Below are positions 27,375 through 40,595 of a stretch of DNA of 64,000 nt, in pieces. The position numbers and the translations under genes were made by a program. The DNA is from the human T2T-CHM13v2.0 reference genome, Homo sapiens. The stretch lies in the NCBI RefSeq assembly GCF_009914755.1, contig NC_060936.1; one strand, written 5' to 3'. How positions within the stretch are numbered: position 1 is the stretch's first letter; each line of letters opens with the position of its first letter. The notes under the pieces were generated by a model. It had not been told where the DNA came from. It was given only the letters and a program-made list of their open reading frames with translations, and did not search any database.

Positions 27375-27864
27375 TGTCAGGCCTCTGAGCCCAAGCTAAG
27401 CCATCATATCCCCTGTGACCTGCACGTATACATCCAGATGGCCTGAAGCAACTGAAGATCCACAAAAGAAGCGAAAATAGCCTTAACTGATGACATTCCA
27501 CCATTGTGATTTGTTTCTGCCCCATCCTAACAGATCAATGTATTTTGTAATCTCCCCCACCCTTAAGAAGGTTCTTTGTAATTCTCCCCACCCTTAAGAA
27601 GGTTCTTTGTAATCTCCCCCACCCTTAAGAAGGTTCTTTGTAATTCTCCCCACCCTTGAGAATGTACTTTGTGAGATCCACCCCCTGCCCGCAAAACATT
27701 GCTCCGCGGAGCCTCTCCCAAAACCTATAAGAATTAAAGATAATCCCACCACCCTTTGCTGACTCTCTTTTCGGACTCAGCCCGCCTGCACCCAGGTGAA
27801 ATAAACAGTGTTGTTGCTCACGCAAAGCTTGTTTGGTGGTCTCTTCACACGGATGCGCGTGACA
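27375..27864 (+). mobile_element. LTR7B (HERV-H) solo LTR inserted inside an Alu
   Basis: tgtcaggcctctgagcccaagctaagcc...cggatgcgcgtgaca; TATAA 27726, AATAAA 27800; 5-bp TSD caaac/caaag splitting the Alu motif cctcccaaagtgctggg. Confidence 0.92.
27544..27667 (+). repeat. Four 31-bp tandem units (ABAB) within LTR7B U3
   Basis: tttgtaa(tctcc/ttctc)cccacccttaagaaggttc starting at 27544, 27575, 27606, 27637. Confidence 0.95.
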
Positions 27865-27992
27865 CAAAGTGCTGGGGTTACAGGCCTGAGCCACCACACC
27901 TGGCCACCCCCAATCTTTAAGAATATTCTGGCCGGGCGCGGTGGCTCATGCCTGTAATCCCAGCACTTTGGGAGGCTAAGGCGGGCGGATCA

Positions 27993-28308
<316 letters not shown>

Positions 28309-28429
28309 TTAATTCACCAATGAACTAATCTGACAATTTATGTAACAAATAAATTCCTATAAACATAAGCTCCCTTGCCCCTCTCCAGTGGCACAATCTC
28401 TGATTTGCCATCCTGGTTGCAACCTTCAT

Positions 28430-28927
28430 TACTAAGTAAACGCTTACGTAAACCTTAATAATGAGATTCGGGCAATATGATTAAATATTGGTTTATTTGA
28501 GTGCAAAGTTTGAGGATGGCGACCCGGTAGGACACAGACTCCAAAAGATGGGGGTCAGTGCTTCGAAAGGGAGAAGTTTGAGGGTCGTTTACACAGGCAG
28601 GGTCTGGGAAGCTTAACAGGATGTCAACATTTTCCATAGAAGGTTAACGCATAGCAATTTGATTGGTTCAAGGCAGTGTTTCTTTTTGGGAAGGGTCTAT
28701 TTAACATTCCACATTAAGGATGTAATAGTCAAGCGGTCATTTATCTTATTCAATGCGTATTTTATCTCAGATGCCATCTGGTCTGAGCTGGGAACAAGAA
28801 AATAAGGGAGTTAATCTATAACAAAAGGTCGGCAATTAAGAGGTCGTGCTTCGTGATCTGGTCTCCAAAGTCAACTTTCCTCAGGGACTTTCAGAATCCC
28901 CAAATAGACTATCCACTTTCTTTCACA
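28430..28927 (-). mobile_element. Probable ERV1-type LTR, family uncertain
   Basis: Ends ...ctttctttcaca (TG start on minus strand), minus-strand aataaa (tttatt ~28492) and tttgaggatggcgacccgg segment typical of MER4-group LTR R/U5. Confidence 0.5.
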
Positions 28928-28999
28928 CTTATTTGCCTCTAACTTGTTGATTTCTTTTTTTTTTTCTGTTTTTTAAGGGTTAACAATCTCTTGGGTGCA

Positions 29000-29200
29000 C
29001 TCTGACTTCCATGCGCTTTATAGAAAAAATTGGTCCTGAGGCCAGCAGCAACAGTCGGTCTCAGGAACTTGTTAGAAATGCACATTTTTCAGCCCCACCC
29101 CAAACCTACTGAATCAGCAGTTTTGCTGGTGGTTCTCAATCTCTCTTTAACGTGCCCTCTGGGTGCTGCGGATGCACGCTGAAGGTAGAAGATCGCTGCA
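29000..29200. mobile_element. MER5A (hAT-Charlie) DNA transposon remnant
   Basis: ggaacttgttagaaatgca...cagccccaccccaaacctactgaatcag. Confidence 0.75.
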
Positions 29201-30080
29201 GGAGATTTCCGCGTCGGGCAGATGAAAGCGCTCTGCAAGCCCGGGTGTTATCTGCGGGCCGGGTCCGCGGCTTCTCTGGTGGCACTAGGACCGCGGCGGC
29301 GCGGCCCTCGCAGCCACCGCCTCGGGCGTGAGGCGGAGCCTAGCTGTTCCTGGATCCTGGGCCTGGCTCCTCGACCCGCCCCTGGAGGCGGACCCCACTT
29401 GACTTAAACTCTGGGGCCCGGGAGGCCGCCGGTTTTCTCCCCGCTTGCCGGGGTGGTCCTCTTCCCTTTGTCGGTAAGTGTGAGACGAGCACCCCGAGGT
29501 CCCTCCGCCTTCCGGGGTCCGGGCGGGGCGGGGGCCGGGAGCCGGGAGCCAGAGGCACTCGCGGTCCGGGCCTGCGCGCGGCGCAGAGCGCTTTTGTTCT
29601 GCGGCAAAGACGCAGTCGCGGGCGGCCCCGGAACCCGGGCCTCGGGCCCCGCCGGCTCGCGCGTCCCGCCGTCCGCCCACCGGAGCTGGGCCGGGCCGCC
29701 GCGCTTGCTTCTGCCCGCCGCGCCGGGGCCGGCCCTGGGCCTCCGCGGATGCCGAGCCTTGCACCGGAGGGCGGGCCTCGCTGGCTGTTTTCCCTCATTG
29801 CCTGGCTCTGCGCGGTAGAGGTCGCGAGTGGCGAAGGCTAGGACGCATTTTGTCGAACTGCGAGGCGCGGCTGGTGAGGCGGGTGGGTATGAGAGCTGCT
29901 TATGTTTTTAAGGCTTTCCTGTCGCTGGAGTGAAAAAGAAAAATCTTTTTTTTTTTTTGCTATTTCCCGAGGGTTCTCCTCCTCCCCGGCCCTCTTAAGC
30001 CGAAGCCTCCTGGAACAGAATTGCTGTACTGGCATCTATCTCCAAGTGGTCCGCGAACGCTTCTGCGCCGGCGATGGTTT
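29200..30080 (+). promoter_or_regulatory. RESF1: CpG-island promoter of RESF1
   Basis: Dense CpG, GC boxes (cccgcccc ~29375, ggggcgggg 29525-29533), no obvious TATA; strong donor CG|GTAAGT at 29474. Confidence 0.9.
29397..29473 (+). other. RESF1: RESF1 exon 1 (5'UTR); start approximate
   Basis: Consensus donor gtaagt at 29474 inside the CpG island; the TSS is not directly visible and is estimated. Confidence 0.7.
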
Positions 30081-30758
30081 CTGTTCCTCAGCAATAGTTC
30101 CTTGAGGCATTTTTAAATGCACAAACGCATACCCATCTTAGGTGTTCTCGAGGGACACGGATTCCCTAAGCAAACGTCCTTAGGGTCCTGAGTTCAGCAG
30201 CAAACTTTCGGGGAATCATTTCCGTGAAAACAATTTATTTGTAGTACATCGAGTGCATACTGTCTTAACATAAGGATGTGTATGAGCTTGAGGCGCATTT
30301 TCATTTAGTGGCGGGCGGGTGCATTTCAGTAGGCGGGCCGCAGAGCTTGTTTGGGGATTGCATTTTTCTGCTAAATGTGTTAGCTTTAATCATGTTTCAG
30401 TCACTGTTAATGTGCATGCATGTTAAGGTTTTAGGTTTTTTCCCCTGTGCAGTCGGATTTTTTTCTGTTTAATATTAATCCAATAAAGACAAGTGCAGAG
30501 ATAAAGTATTATTGTTTTGCAGTGATACTACAATAGCGGACCTAGAGGAGCGCACATAAATTCTAACTTAAGTGAATGGTATTTTCAGGCCAGACCTAGT
30601 TTCTATTTCTGTTACTTAGGACACTTAATAAGAATTCAGTAAACTTAGCATGCTTTCAGTGCAGCCATAAAAGAAAACAGTTTTGCACAGCAGTGTCATA
30701 TCTAGTAAACACATTAGCATGTGCTCTTTTATTATAAAATGTTTCTTGCTGTCCCTAG

Positions 30759-30853
30759 GACCAAAGAAGTAAACACTGTGTGGAGAGGGACTGACGTGTT
30801 TGGAGGGAAATGGGAATGTACACGATAATTAAAGAGTAAAGTTGTGCTCAACG
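30759..30853 (+). other. RESF1: RESF1 exon 2 (5'UTR, 95 nt)
   Basis: Acceptor tttcttgctgtccctag| and donor ACG|gtaagt. Confidence 0.8.
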
Positions 30854-32797
30854 GTAAGTGTATCACCTCTAAGAAACCCGCCCTGATTTAACCAGGCGGT
30901 TATTCACACTCAACTATGGAGTAATTCACCTATTACCGAATAAAATTACTAGCTCAGTGAATCAACATCGGTTTTAAATTAAACTGTGGGTCACAATGGA
31001 ATTGACAGCAAAGCTTGAGAAGAAATGTTGTTGGCATAGTACTGAAAAATCAGTTGTTAATCTTAGCAAAATAAGGAAAGAGGTCTTTGGTAAGGGAATT
31101 GTGGTGGAAGTTACCTGGGCAGAGGTCTGCTTCTGTCTGTGCTGTGTTTATTTGATTGTTTTTATTATATTTTATTACTGTTGGTGGCACATAGGGGAAT
31201 GTGGCGCAGAGCACCACTCTGGAAGGATGCTTCCCGTGCAGCCAAAGTGATCATGTCCAGGGCTTTCATCTGTAACCACAAAGTGTGTTAGGAAGTCTCA
31301 CCTAATGATTAAGACCATGGTCCCTGTAACCACACTGCTTTGGTTCAGATCTTGGCTGTAGCACTCAGCCAACCCTGGAAAATAAACCTCTGCCTGTTCT
31401 CTCATCTATAAAATGGGGACAAGCACTAATGTCATAGGATTGTTATGGTAGAGTTACATGAGTTTCATGCATATCACAGTTAAACAGCTCCTGATGCATG
31501 GCAAGTGCCCAATAAATGTTAGCTATTGTCATGTTAGAGGAAATAGATTTTGTGGCCTGGGACATGTAATGCTGCCTTAGCAGAAATTCAGCTGGTTCAT
31601 TTAAGCTCTAAATTTATGAGCTTTTTATTGATTAAACCCATCACTGTAGATCCTCTTAGATTCTCTTTTTTGTAGGTCTTGTTTTGTTAGGAAGTACCTG
31701 TCACTACTGGTCCACATCTGGATTTACCTGCAGGCTTGTTTGGAATAAAAAATGCCTCCAAATTCCTAGGCAGGACAAACTTGCCCCAAAGCTTTGTTGT
31801 TCTACATTATCTCTGTGATTGTACAGGAATCTCTCTTCCCTCCTAGATTATCAGTGTCTTGGATATAATTGGAGCTCAAATGCTTAGGGAATTGATTTAA
31901 TGTTGCTTAAAACGTATTTGTAGGCCAGGTGTGGTGGCTCACGCCTATAATGCCAGCACTTTAAGAGGCTGGGGCAGGCAGATCTCTTGAGGCCAGGAGT
32001 TCGAGACCAGCCCTGGCCTCAAGTTGGCCAACATGGCAAAACCCCATCTTTACTAATAATAACAAAAATTAGTCGGGCGTGGTGGCACATGCCTGTAATC
32101 CTAGCTACTCAAGTGGCTGAACCCAGGAGGTGGAGGTTGCAGTGACCTGAAGTCACCCCATCGTACTGCAGCCTGGGTAACAGAGCAAGATTCTGTCTTT
32201 TTTAAAAAAAAAAAAAAAAAAGCATTTGTGAAGGTGAATTTCAAGAATCTAATCAGGCCTCCCTCCCTCCCCCATTAGAGGCACACTCTATTATGTAAAA
32301 CAGACAGGGAGTGTATTCATTTTGAGATAAGTCCAGGATAACAGTTGACTAACCCTGGCTATAGATACGCAAGTTAAACATTCACTTTGGAAGAAGATTG
32401 TGAAGAAAGAATCTTGGACCTTGAGGAATTCTAAATGCTTTGTTGGGTGGCAACTATGCAATACTTACACTATTCCTAATACCTTAAGTGTACTTGTAAG
32501 TGAAGAGCAAAGTTGGAGGCTGTTGAGGTAAATAATCTCAAGTGAGATTGGAACTATACATTTTATGCTCCTGGTTTTCATGATCGCAAAGATTTAATGA
32601 CAGTAACTTAAGATTCTCTTGATGTATCAAATTACAAGGTTTCATTTGTAAATAAGGTGATTAAAATGACAAAGTGTATTAAAAGAAATTGTATTGTCCA
32701 GTGAAGTTTTAAGAAACAGAAACCATAAGGTGATTATTATTTTTCAAGCCCCAAAGGAGAATTCATTAGATGACATACTTTTAAAGTTCATGGATCA

Positions 32798-32932
<135 letters not shown>

Positions 32933-33529
32933 TTAGCCAGGCGTGGTGGCACATGCCTGAAATCCCGGCTATCCGGGAGGCAGAGGTTGCAGTGAGCTGA
33001 GATCGCGCCACTGTACCCTAGCTCGGGTGACAGAGTGAGACTCTGTCTTAGAAAATAAAGTCCATGGGCTGGTCGCAGTGGCTCACGCCTGTAATCCCAG
33101 CACTTTGGGAGGCCAAGGCAGGTGGATCATGAGGTCAGGAAATCGAGACCACCCTGGCTAACAGGTGAAACCCCAAAATTAGCCAGGTGTGGTGGCATGC
33201 GCCTGTAGTCCCAGCTAACTCAGGAGGCTGAGATAGGAGAATTGCTTGAACCCAGGAGGGGAGGTTGCAGTGAGCTGAGATCACACCACTGCACTCCAGC
33301 CTGGACGACAGAGCGAGACTGTCTCAAAAAAAAAAAAAAAGTTCATGGAGCACAACCTTTGGGTTTTGATGGATCCAGGATCTAAATCCAAAAGAGAGTT
33401 TTAAAGATTTGGGACACTGTATCTTTGAGCTCTGCTGTCCTCTGCTTTGGTTTTCAGGCAGACCATCCCTCCACTGGGCAGCCCTGACATCTCCAGATGC
33501 AAGCAGCTTCAAGTTGTTCAGAGCATGCC

Positions 33530-34940
33530 TTTTGTAACTATAGTTAGAGATAAAATTCATAAGCCATTTATTCACTCATTTACACCCAGTGTACAGTTTC
33601 AGTGGTTTTTAGTATATTCAGAGTTGTGCACCCATCACCACGTCAATTTAAGAATATTTTATTACCCCCAAAATATCTCCATACTCAATAGTGGTAACTC
33701 CCCATTTTCTCCAACGCACCTTTCCCTAGGTAACCATTAATCTACTTCTGTAGGTTTGCATATTCTGAACACTTCATATAATTGAAGTCATAATATTTTT
33801 CATCCAGCATGTTTTCAAGGCTCATTTATGTTAACACATGTATGTTACTTCATTCGTTTTTATTACCAGATATTCCGTTGTATGGATATGCCACTTTTGC
33901 TTATTCTTCCATCAGTTAACAGACGTTTGACACGTTTTCACTCTTTGACTACTGTGAATAGTGCAGCTATGATCATTCATAGTGTTTATGTAGACGTGTA
34001 TTTTTATTTCTTTTGGGTAAATACCTAGGAGTGGAATTCCTTGGTTATGATAACTGTTTAACATTTTGAGGAACTGCCAGGCTATTATCCAAAGTAGATT
34101 TACCACTTTATTTTTTATTTAACTTTTGTTTTATGTTTGGGGGTACGTGTGTAGGTTTGGGGGTACGTGTATAGGTAAAGTTGTGTCATGGGGGTTTGTG
34201 GAACATTATTTAATCACCCAGGTATTAAGCCTAGTACCCAATTAGTTGTTTTTTTTTCAAATCCTCTCCCTCCTCCCACGCTTTGCCTGCTTATAGGCCC
34301 CAGTGTGTTGAGCCCCTCTACATGTCCATGTGTTCTCATCATTTAGCTCCCACTTATGTGTGAAAGCATGCAATATTTGGTTTCCTGTGTTAGTTTGCTA
34401 AGGATAATGTCCTCTAGCTCCAAGCTCCTGCAAAGGACATGATCTCATTCTTTTTTTATGGCTGCATAGTATTCCCTAGTGTATGTGTACTGTTTTCTTT
34501 ATGCGGTTTACCGTTGATGGGCATTTAGGTTGATTCTGGGTCTTTGCTATTGTGAATAGACATGCACAATTTTATACAGCAATGTTTGAGAGATGGTTGG
34601 TCTACATCCATAGACACTTAACTTTTATAGCCATAGAAGTGAGCCTGAAGTGGTAGCTCATTGTGGTTGTGATTTGCATTTACCTGATGATTAGTCATGT
34701 TAAGCATCTTTTTATGTGCATGTTGATTTCTTTGGAGAAGTATCTATTCAAAACTTTTGGCCTTAAATTTGTGTTGTCTTTGGATTGTCAGGTTGTAAGT
34801 TTTTAAGATATCCTGGATTCTGATCCTTCCTTACTAGGGACCATAAATGTGAGGGTTTACTCCTGGGTTCTAGGTTCTATTCCATTGATCAATGCCTGTC
34901 CTGTGTCAGTACTATATGGTCTTGTTTATTGTAGTTTTGT
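33530..34940 (-). mobile_element. Old L1M 3' fragments with a nested L1PA/PB-type 3' end (~34105-34560)
   Basis: gggtaaatacctaggagtggaatt, catttagctcccacttatg, gttgatgggcatttaggttgattc motifs. Confidence 0.8.
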
Positions 34941-35237
34941 CGTTTTGTTTTTTTGTTTTTTGTTTTTAAGACTGAATCTCACTGTGTTGCCCAGAATGGA
35001 GTGCGGTGGTGTGATCTTGGCTCACTGTAACCTCCGCTTCCGATTCTTCTGCCTCAGCCTCCAAAGTAGCTAGGATTACAGACACTTGCCACCACACCGC
35101 GGTAATTTTTGTATTTTTGGTAGAGGCGAGGTTTCACCATGTTGGCCAGGCTGGTCTCGAACTTCTGACCTCAAGTGATCAGCGTGCCTCTGCCTCCCAA
35201 AGTGCTGGAATTACAGGCGTGAGCCACTGCTCCCTGC

Positions 35238-35578
35238 CGGCTACTCCCTTTTCAACCCCTCCTTTTTCTGTGTCAAAGTTGCTGAGTGGCAGTCAGAAAA
35301 TGAAAGTACCTCTGATTGGTCCCCTCCCACAACCAATCAGGCTAGTGGCTGGCCACTACTTCATTTACATAACGTGAATCCATGGTAAACCTCTAGAGAG
35401 TATTTAAACTGCAGAAAATTATGTAACTTGACTGTCTTGAGCCACTGCTGCCCCCGCTCCCACCCTGTGGAGTGTGCTGTCCTTTAAAATAAGTCTCTGC
35501 TTTGGCTGCCTTGCTTGTGTGGTTTGTTCAGTTCTTTGTTCAAGACGCCAAGAACCTGGACAACTACCCTCAACTGCA
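35238..35578 (+). mobile_element. MER51-family LTR fragment (5'-truncated at an Alu)
   Basis: Aligns by eye to the reverse complement of the 14969-15680 LTR (ctgattggtcccctccc, aaacctctagag, accctcaactg). Confidence 0.75.
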
Positions 35579-35622
35579 TGGTTTAGAGGAACTCTTCTGT
35601 TCCACTGAAGGCATTTTGTCTA

Positions 35623-35919
<297 letters not shown>

Positions 35920-36037
35920 TCAACACAGTGTTGTCTTAATATGGTTTGTACCCGCCTGCCACACACTGATGTGTCATGTATACTTGGGGGTGCTTGTCAG
36001 CGCTTTTCAGATATTTAAGATCACCAGACCTCTAGTA

Positions 36038-36262
36038 CACGGTGTGTCCAATCTTTTGGCTTCCCTAGGCCACTTTGGAAGAAGAATTGTCTTGGGCCAC
36101 ACATAAAATACACTAACACTAACAATAGCTAATGAGCTTTAAAAAAAATTGCAAAAAAAAAATCTCATAATGTTTTAATCATGCTTATGAATTAGTGTTG
36201 GGCCTCATTCAAAGCCGTCTTGGGCTGCATGCTGCCCATGGGCCGCGGATTGGACAAGCTTG
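36038..36262 (+). mobile_element. MER30 (hAT) DNA transposon
   Basis: gtgtccaatcttttggcttccct...ttggacaagcttg with terminal inverted repeats; 8-bp TSD ctctagta/atttagta. Confidence 0.88.
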
Positions 36263-36319
36263 ATTTAGTAGATGTTTCCTTGAGTTGGGTATCCAGAGGG
36301 CTCCGAAATGAATTACTTG

Positions 36320-36760
36320 GCAGAATTCTCGTAGGGTAACTGGCTTCCGCTTCATGTGTTCTCTGTTGTCTTTAATTCCCATTTTAGGGAATAATACAAA
36401 TAGAAAACATGGTCTAAAATTTGTCTCTGGCTTCTCTGCTCTGAAGGCACAACAGACTAGTGTCAGTATTCTAGCCTGAATGATGATAGTCTGTTGCATT
36501 GGTCTGAACTTCCTGCTGGCCAGTCAAGATGTGTGATTGCCAGCACTTCATGCTGTACCTGTGTTAACGAGTCAGAAAAAGTAGAGCAATTTATTTCTCC
36601 CTTTTTTAGGGAGAAAGCCCTGTGGCTCTCACTGGTGAAGCTTGGTAGTTGGGATATATTTAGCTTACTTGGCTCTGCATGGGGAACGTTTGGTATGTCC
36701 TCCACAATAGGTGTGATCATCCTGCTGGGAATCACGATTGCAGGCACTTTTTAATCCAGT
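36320..36760 (+). pseudogene. Gamma-type ERV env TM-subunit remnant
   Basis: AQQTSVSILA*MMIVCCIGLNFLLASQ (heptad/ISD-like), then after a frameshift CVIASTSCC (CX6CC, 36530-36556), a Trp-rich stretch and hydrophobic IGVIILLGITIAG. Confidence 0.8.
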
Positions 36761-36829
36761 GTTGCCTAAGACAAAGTACAATGGATTAGGATATCTGATT
36801 GGATGGCCTGTGGTTCTGAATAGAGTTTG

Positions 36830-37280
36830 TAGCTGGATACATGAAAGATGGGAAGGCAGAGTTGTAGGTGAACAGCTTCACCGTGGTGCCCTGATGACTT
36901 GCTCTTCTCATAGACCATGGAGGCAAAGCTTAGGCTTAATCACAGGCTGACCCATATTCTGGCAGGACAACCCTGCAGGTCCTCCAAGAACAAAGTGAGA
37001 GAAAAGCAGCCCTGTGAGAAACAGTCACAAAGCAGTTTCTCATCTGCCTCCTTGGTTTCAATTGTGCATAGGACTTTACCACCTTGGGGGGTATACTTGC
37101 TGGCTATAAAATGGCCACAGTTTGGTGTTCTCATCTGGCTTGGTGTCATCCCGTGGGGCTGGGGATACTGATCTTGATTTTGCTGTTGGACTTAGTAATA
37201 TATGAATCCATTTGGCCTTTTGCTGACTGCAGTTACAGAAGCATAGAGAACTGTTCTGCCCCTTCTAACCACTGTGCTGC
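36830..37280 (+). mobile_element. Probable ancient LTR 3' of the env remnant
   Basis: Purine-rich stretch then TG..., tataaaa at ~37105, MER68/MER77-like gatcttgattttgctg segment. Confidence 0.4.
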
Positions 37281-37401
37281 AAGAGGGAGGATTGCTAGTC
37301 TTTGTTAATTTGTTGTGATACTTAAATGAGATAAAAGTATATGAAGCATTCCACATAGTTCTTTACATACAGATTTTCAAATGTTAGTTGTTTATAGTAG
37401 T

Positions 37402-37890
37402 ACAGATGTACCTCAGCTTACGATGGAGTTACATTTCGATAACCTGTATTAAGTAGAAAATGTAAGTCAAAAATGGGGTTTTATAGACATGATGGGATGG
37501 GAAAACACAACATCCAAAAAACTTAGCTAACACAGTACACCATTGATTGGTTTTTTGTTTTTTTTAATGTGCCGTGGGAGGGGCAGCCCTGCACGCCCGC
37601 CCACCCCCACCCCCCACAACACCAGCCTGCCTCCGCAGGGGGGATTTTTGTTTTTTTTTTGTGTGTGTGTGTTTTTCATTGATTGTTAATGCTCATGATC
37701 ACGTGGCTGACTGGGTGCTATGGCTTGCTGCCACCACCCAGCGTGGAAGAATATCATACTGCCTATCACAGGCCCGGGAAAAGATCAAAATTCAAAGTAC
37801 AATTTCTGCTGAATGCCTGTATCACTTTTGCATCATTGTAAAGTCAAAATTATTAAGTCATACCATTGTATTGTGGTCCAGGACCATCTG
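37402..37890. mobile_element. MER47 (Tigger-type) DNA transposon with an internal insertion
   Basis: cagatg...cttacgatgg start, ggaccatctg end, cgtggctgactggg core. Confidence 0.75.
37550..37676 (-). other. Short L1-mediated retro-insertion of unknown source
   Basis: Flanked by cattgattg at 37541-37549 and 37677-37685; minus-strand ATTAAA running into an A-tail; GC-rich core. Confidence 0.7.
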
Positions 37891-38373
37891 GGCTTAGAAA
37901 AATGGATTCTAGAAAGCCTATTTAAGGACTGATAGGCTAATTTTTTCTGTGACTAAGGTGACAGAAAGCCAGAGCTAGTACAGGTTGAATAAATTGTGTT
38001 ACATTTGGAATTCCTGAAAAGTGGCTTTTTACACTGAATTGTTAGTATTGGTGGTTTGTTAACTTTCTACAGGTATCTCTAATTTTTCGAATGCTTATGT
38101 TGCAAGTCAGGTTTTCAATGAAAAATAGACTTTACTCAGTTTAACCATATCAGTGGATACTCTTCAAATAAACTTTCCTTTGTGGAACATAAGAAGTGGA
38201 ACTTAAAAAGCCATAAGGGAAGTTTTCAATTTAAAATACCAGAGCGAATTTATATATTTTAGGTATAAGAATAGTATTTTAATGTATATTATTTATTTCT
38301 TAAGTCCTACGTCTTTTAGGTACTTAAATGCTTACAGATGAAATCATGCTATGTCTGTGGTTGGCATAGATAG

Positions 38374-38728
<355 letters not shown>

Positions 38729-39321
38729 TAGGACTTCTCTTTAATGGGGTGTTCAGATAATGTTTGTTTATTCAGCAAATACTGAAACCTGCTAGACATT
38801 ATCTACATGCATGTGTCTTTTGGGTTGGCCTGAAAGACTTTTATGCCTGTCGTATTGGCTGTTAATAGTACTTTGATTCACTCTGATGATGTTCCACTTA
38901 CCTTTAATAAATTGTCAACCCACTTTTCTTTCCCTTTTTTGAGACAGATCTTGCTGTGTCATCCAGGCTGGAGTACAGTGGCACTACCATAGTCCACTGC
39001 ACTCTCGACTTCCCATGCTCAAGTGATCCTTCCATCTCAGCCTCCCAAGTAGCTGGGAATATAGGCGTGTACCACCACGCCTAGCTAGTGTTTCTATTTT
39101 TATTTTTATTTTTTTGTAGAGACTGGGTCTTACTGTGTTGCCCATGCTGGTTTTGAACTGCTGGACTCTGCCTCAGCCTCTCGGCATGCTGAGATTATAG
39201 GTGTGAGCCACCACACCTGGCCAGTGGTAACCCCTGTGTATAAAACAATTCTTAGGCTGAGATGGCTTGAGCCTCAGGAGTTCAAGACCAGCCTAGGCAA
39301 CATGGAGAAACCTCATCTCTA

Positions 39322-39588
<267 letters not shown>

Positions 39589-40169
39589 TCACAATATTAG
39601 GTTCATTTTCTGGTTTGTTTGGTTTTCTTTTGTTTTTGAGACGGAGTCTTGCTCTGTCGCACAGTCTGGAGTGCAGTGGCATGATTCCCGCTCACCACTG
39701 CCTCAACCCCCTGGGTTCATCCAATGCCTCAGCCCCCCAAGTAGCTGAGAATACAGGTGTGTGCTACCACAATGCTGCCCAGGTTAGTCTCGAACTTCTG
39801 AGCTCAAGTGATCTGCCTGCCTTGGCCTCCCAAAGTTCTGGGATTACAGGTGTGAGCCACTGTGCCCAGCCTAGGTCTATTTTCTTATACTTCTTTCTAT
39901 TCATGTGTATGTGTGCTTGTGCATGTGTGTTTAACATGGATAGTAATATGGTTATTTCCTATAGGTATAATTTTAGATTATTTTTTGCTTTATAATTTTC
40001 TGTAGTAAGCCCAATTTACAAATAAAGGAAGCTGCTGGGTTGACAACTTTTCAGTTATTTGCATTGTGTGGATATAGAATATTTTTTAAATTTCACAGAT
40101 ATTGTTAATCTTAGTGAGATCTTTAATATGAAAGTCCACATCCATAATTATCTTTATGCTTTCTTGCAG

Positions 40170-40337
40170 CTGTTTACTTCTAATTATTTCCTGATTCACA
40201 AATTAATTTTTGCAATTCACAACTTCAAGAATACTTGGACTATTGGATTCAATCCATAGTAATCTGCAAAAGAAGAGAAGCAGAATTATACCTAGAAGTC
40301 TACTAATGGACAGTTAGTCACCCACCTACATGTTGAG
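40170..40337 (+). other. RESF1: RESF1 exon 3 (5'UTR, 168 nt)
   Basis: Acceptor ttatgctttcttgcag| and donor GAG|gtactc; size agrees with my recall of the RESF1 UTR layout. Confidence 0.7.
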
Positions 40338-40595
40338 GTACTCTGGACCTTTTTCTTTCACCTCACTGGAAGGGAATGTGGGTGGGAATTTAAGACATCT
40401 ACTTCCTTGTTGATTTTCCACCTATTTGTTCTATTCATTGTTGAAAGTAGGGAATTGAAGTCTTCCACTCTTATTGGTGAATTGTGGTTTTTGCTTCTTG
40501 TATTTTGATGCTCTTTTAGGTATTAATAACCTACAGATCACATTTGACAGTTTTAAGTAAACAAGCTTCCAGATTAACTTGCTTTGGGGAGGTAT

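Noticed and set aside
27544-27667. 31-bp direct repeats resembling a CRISPR array
   Set aside because: No spacers; they are HERV-H LTR U3 repeats in primate DNA.
29222-29818. Overlapping 120-160 aa Arg/Gly/Pro ORFs
   Set aside because: Expected from stop-codon scarcity in a CpG island.
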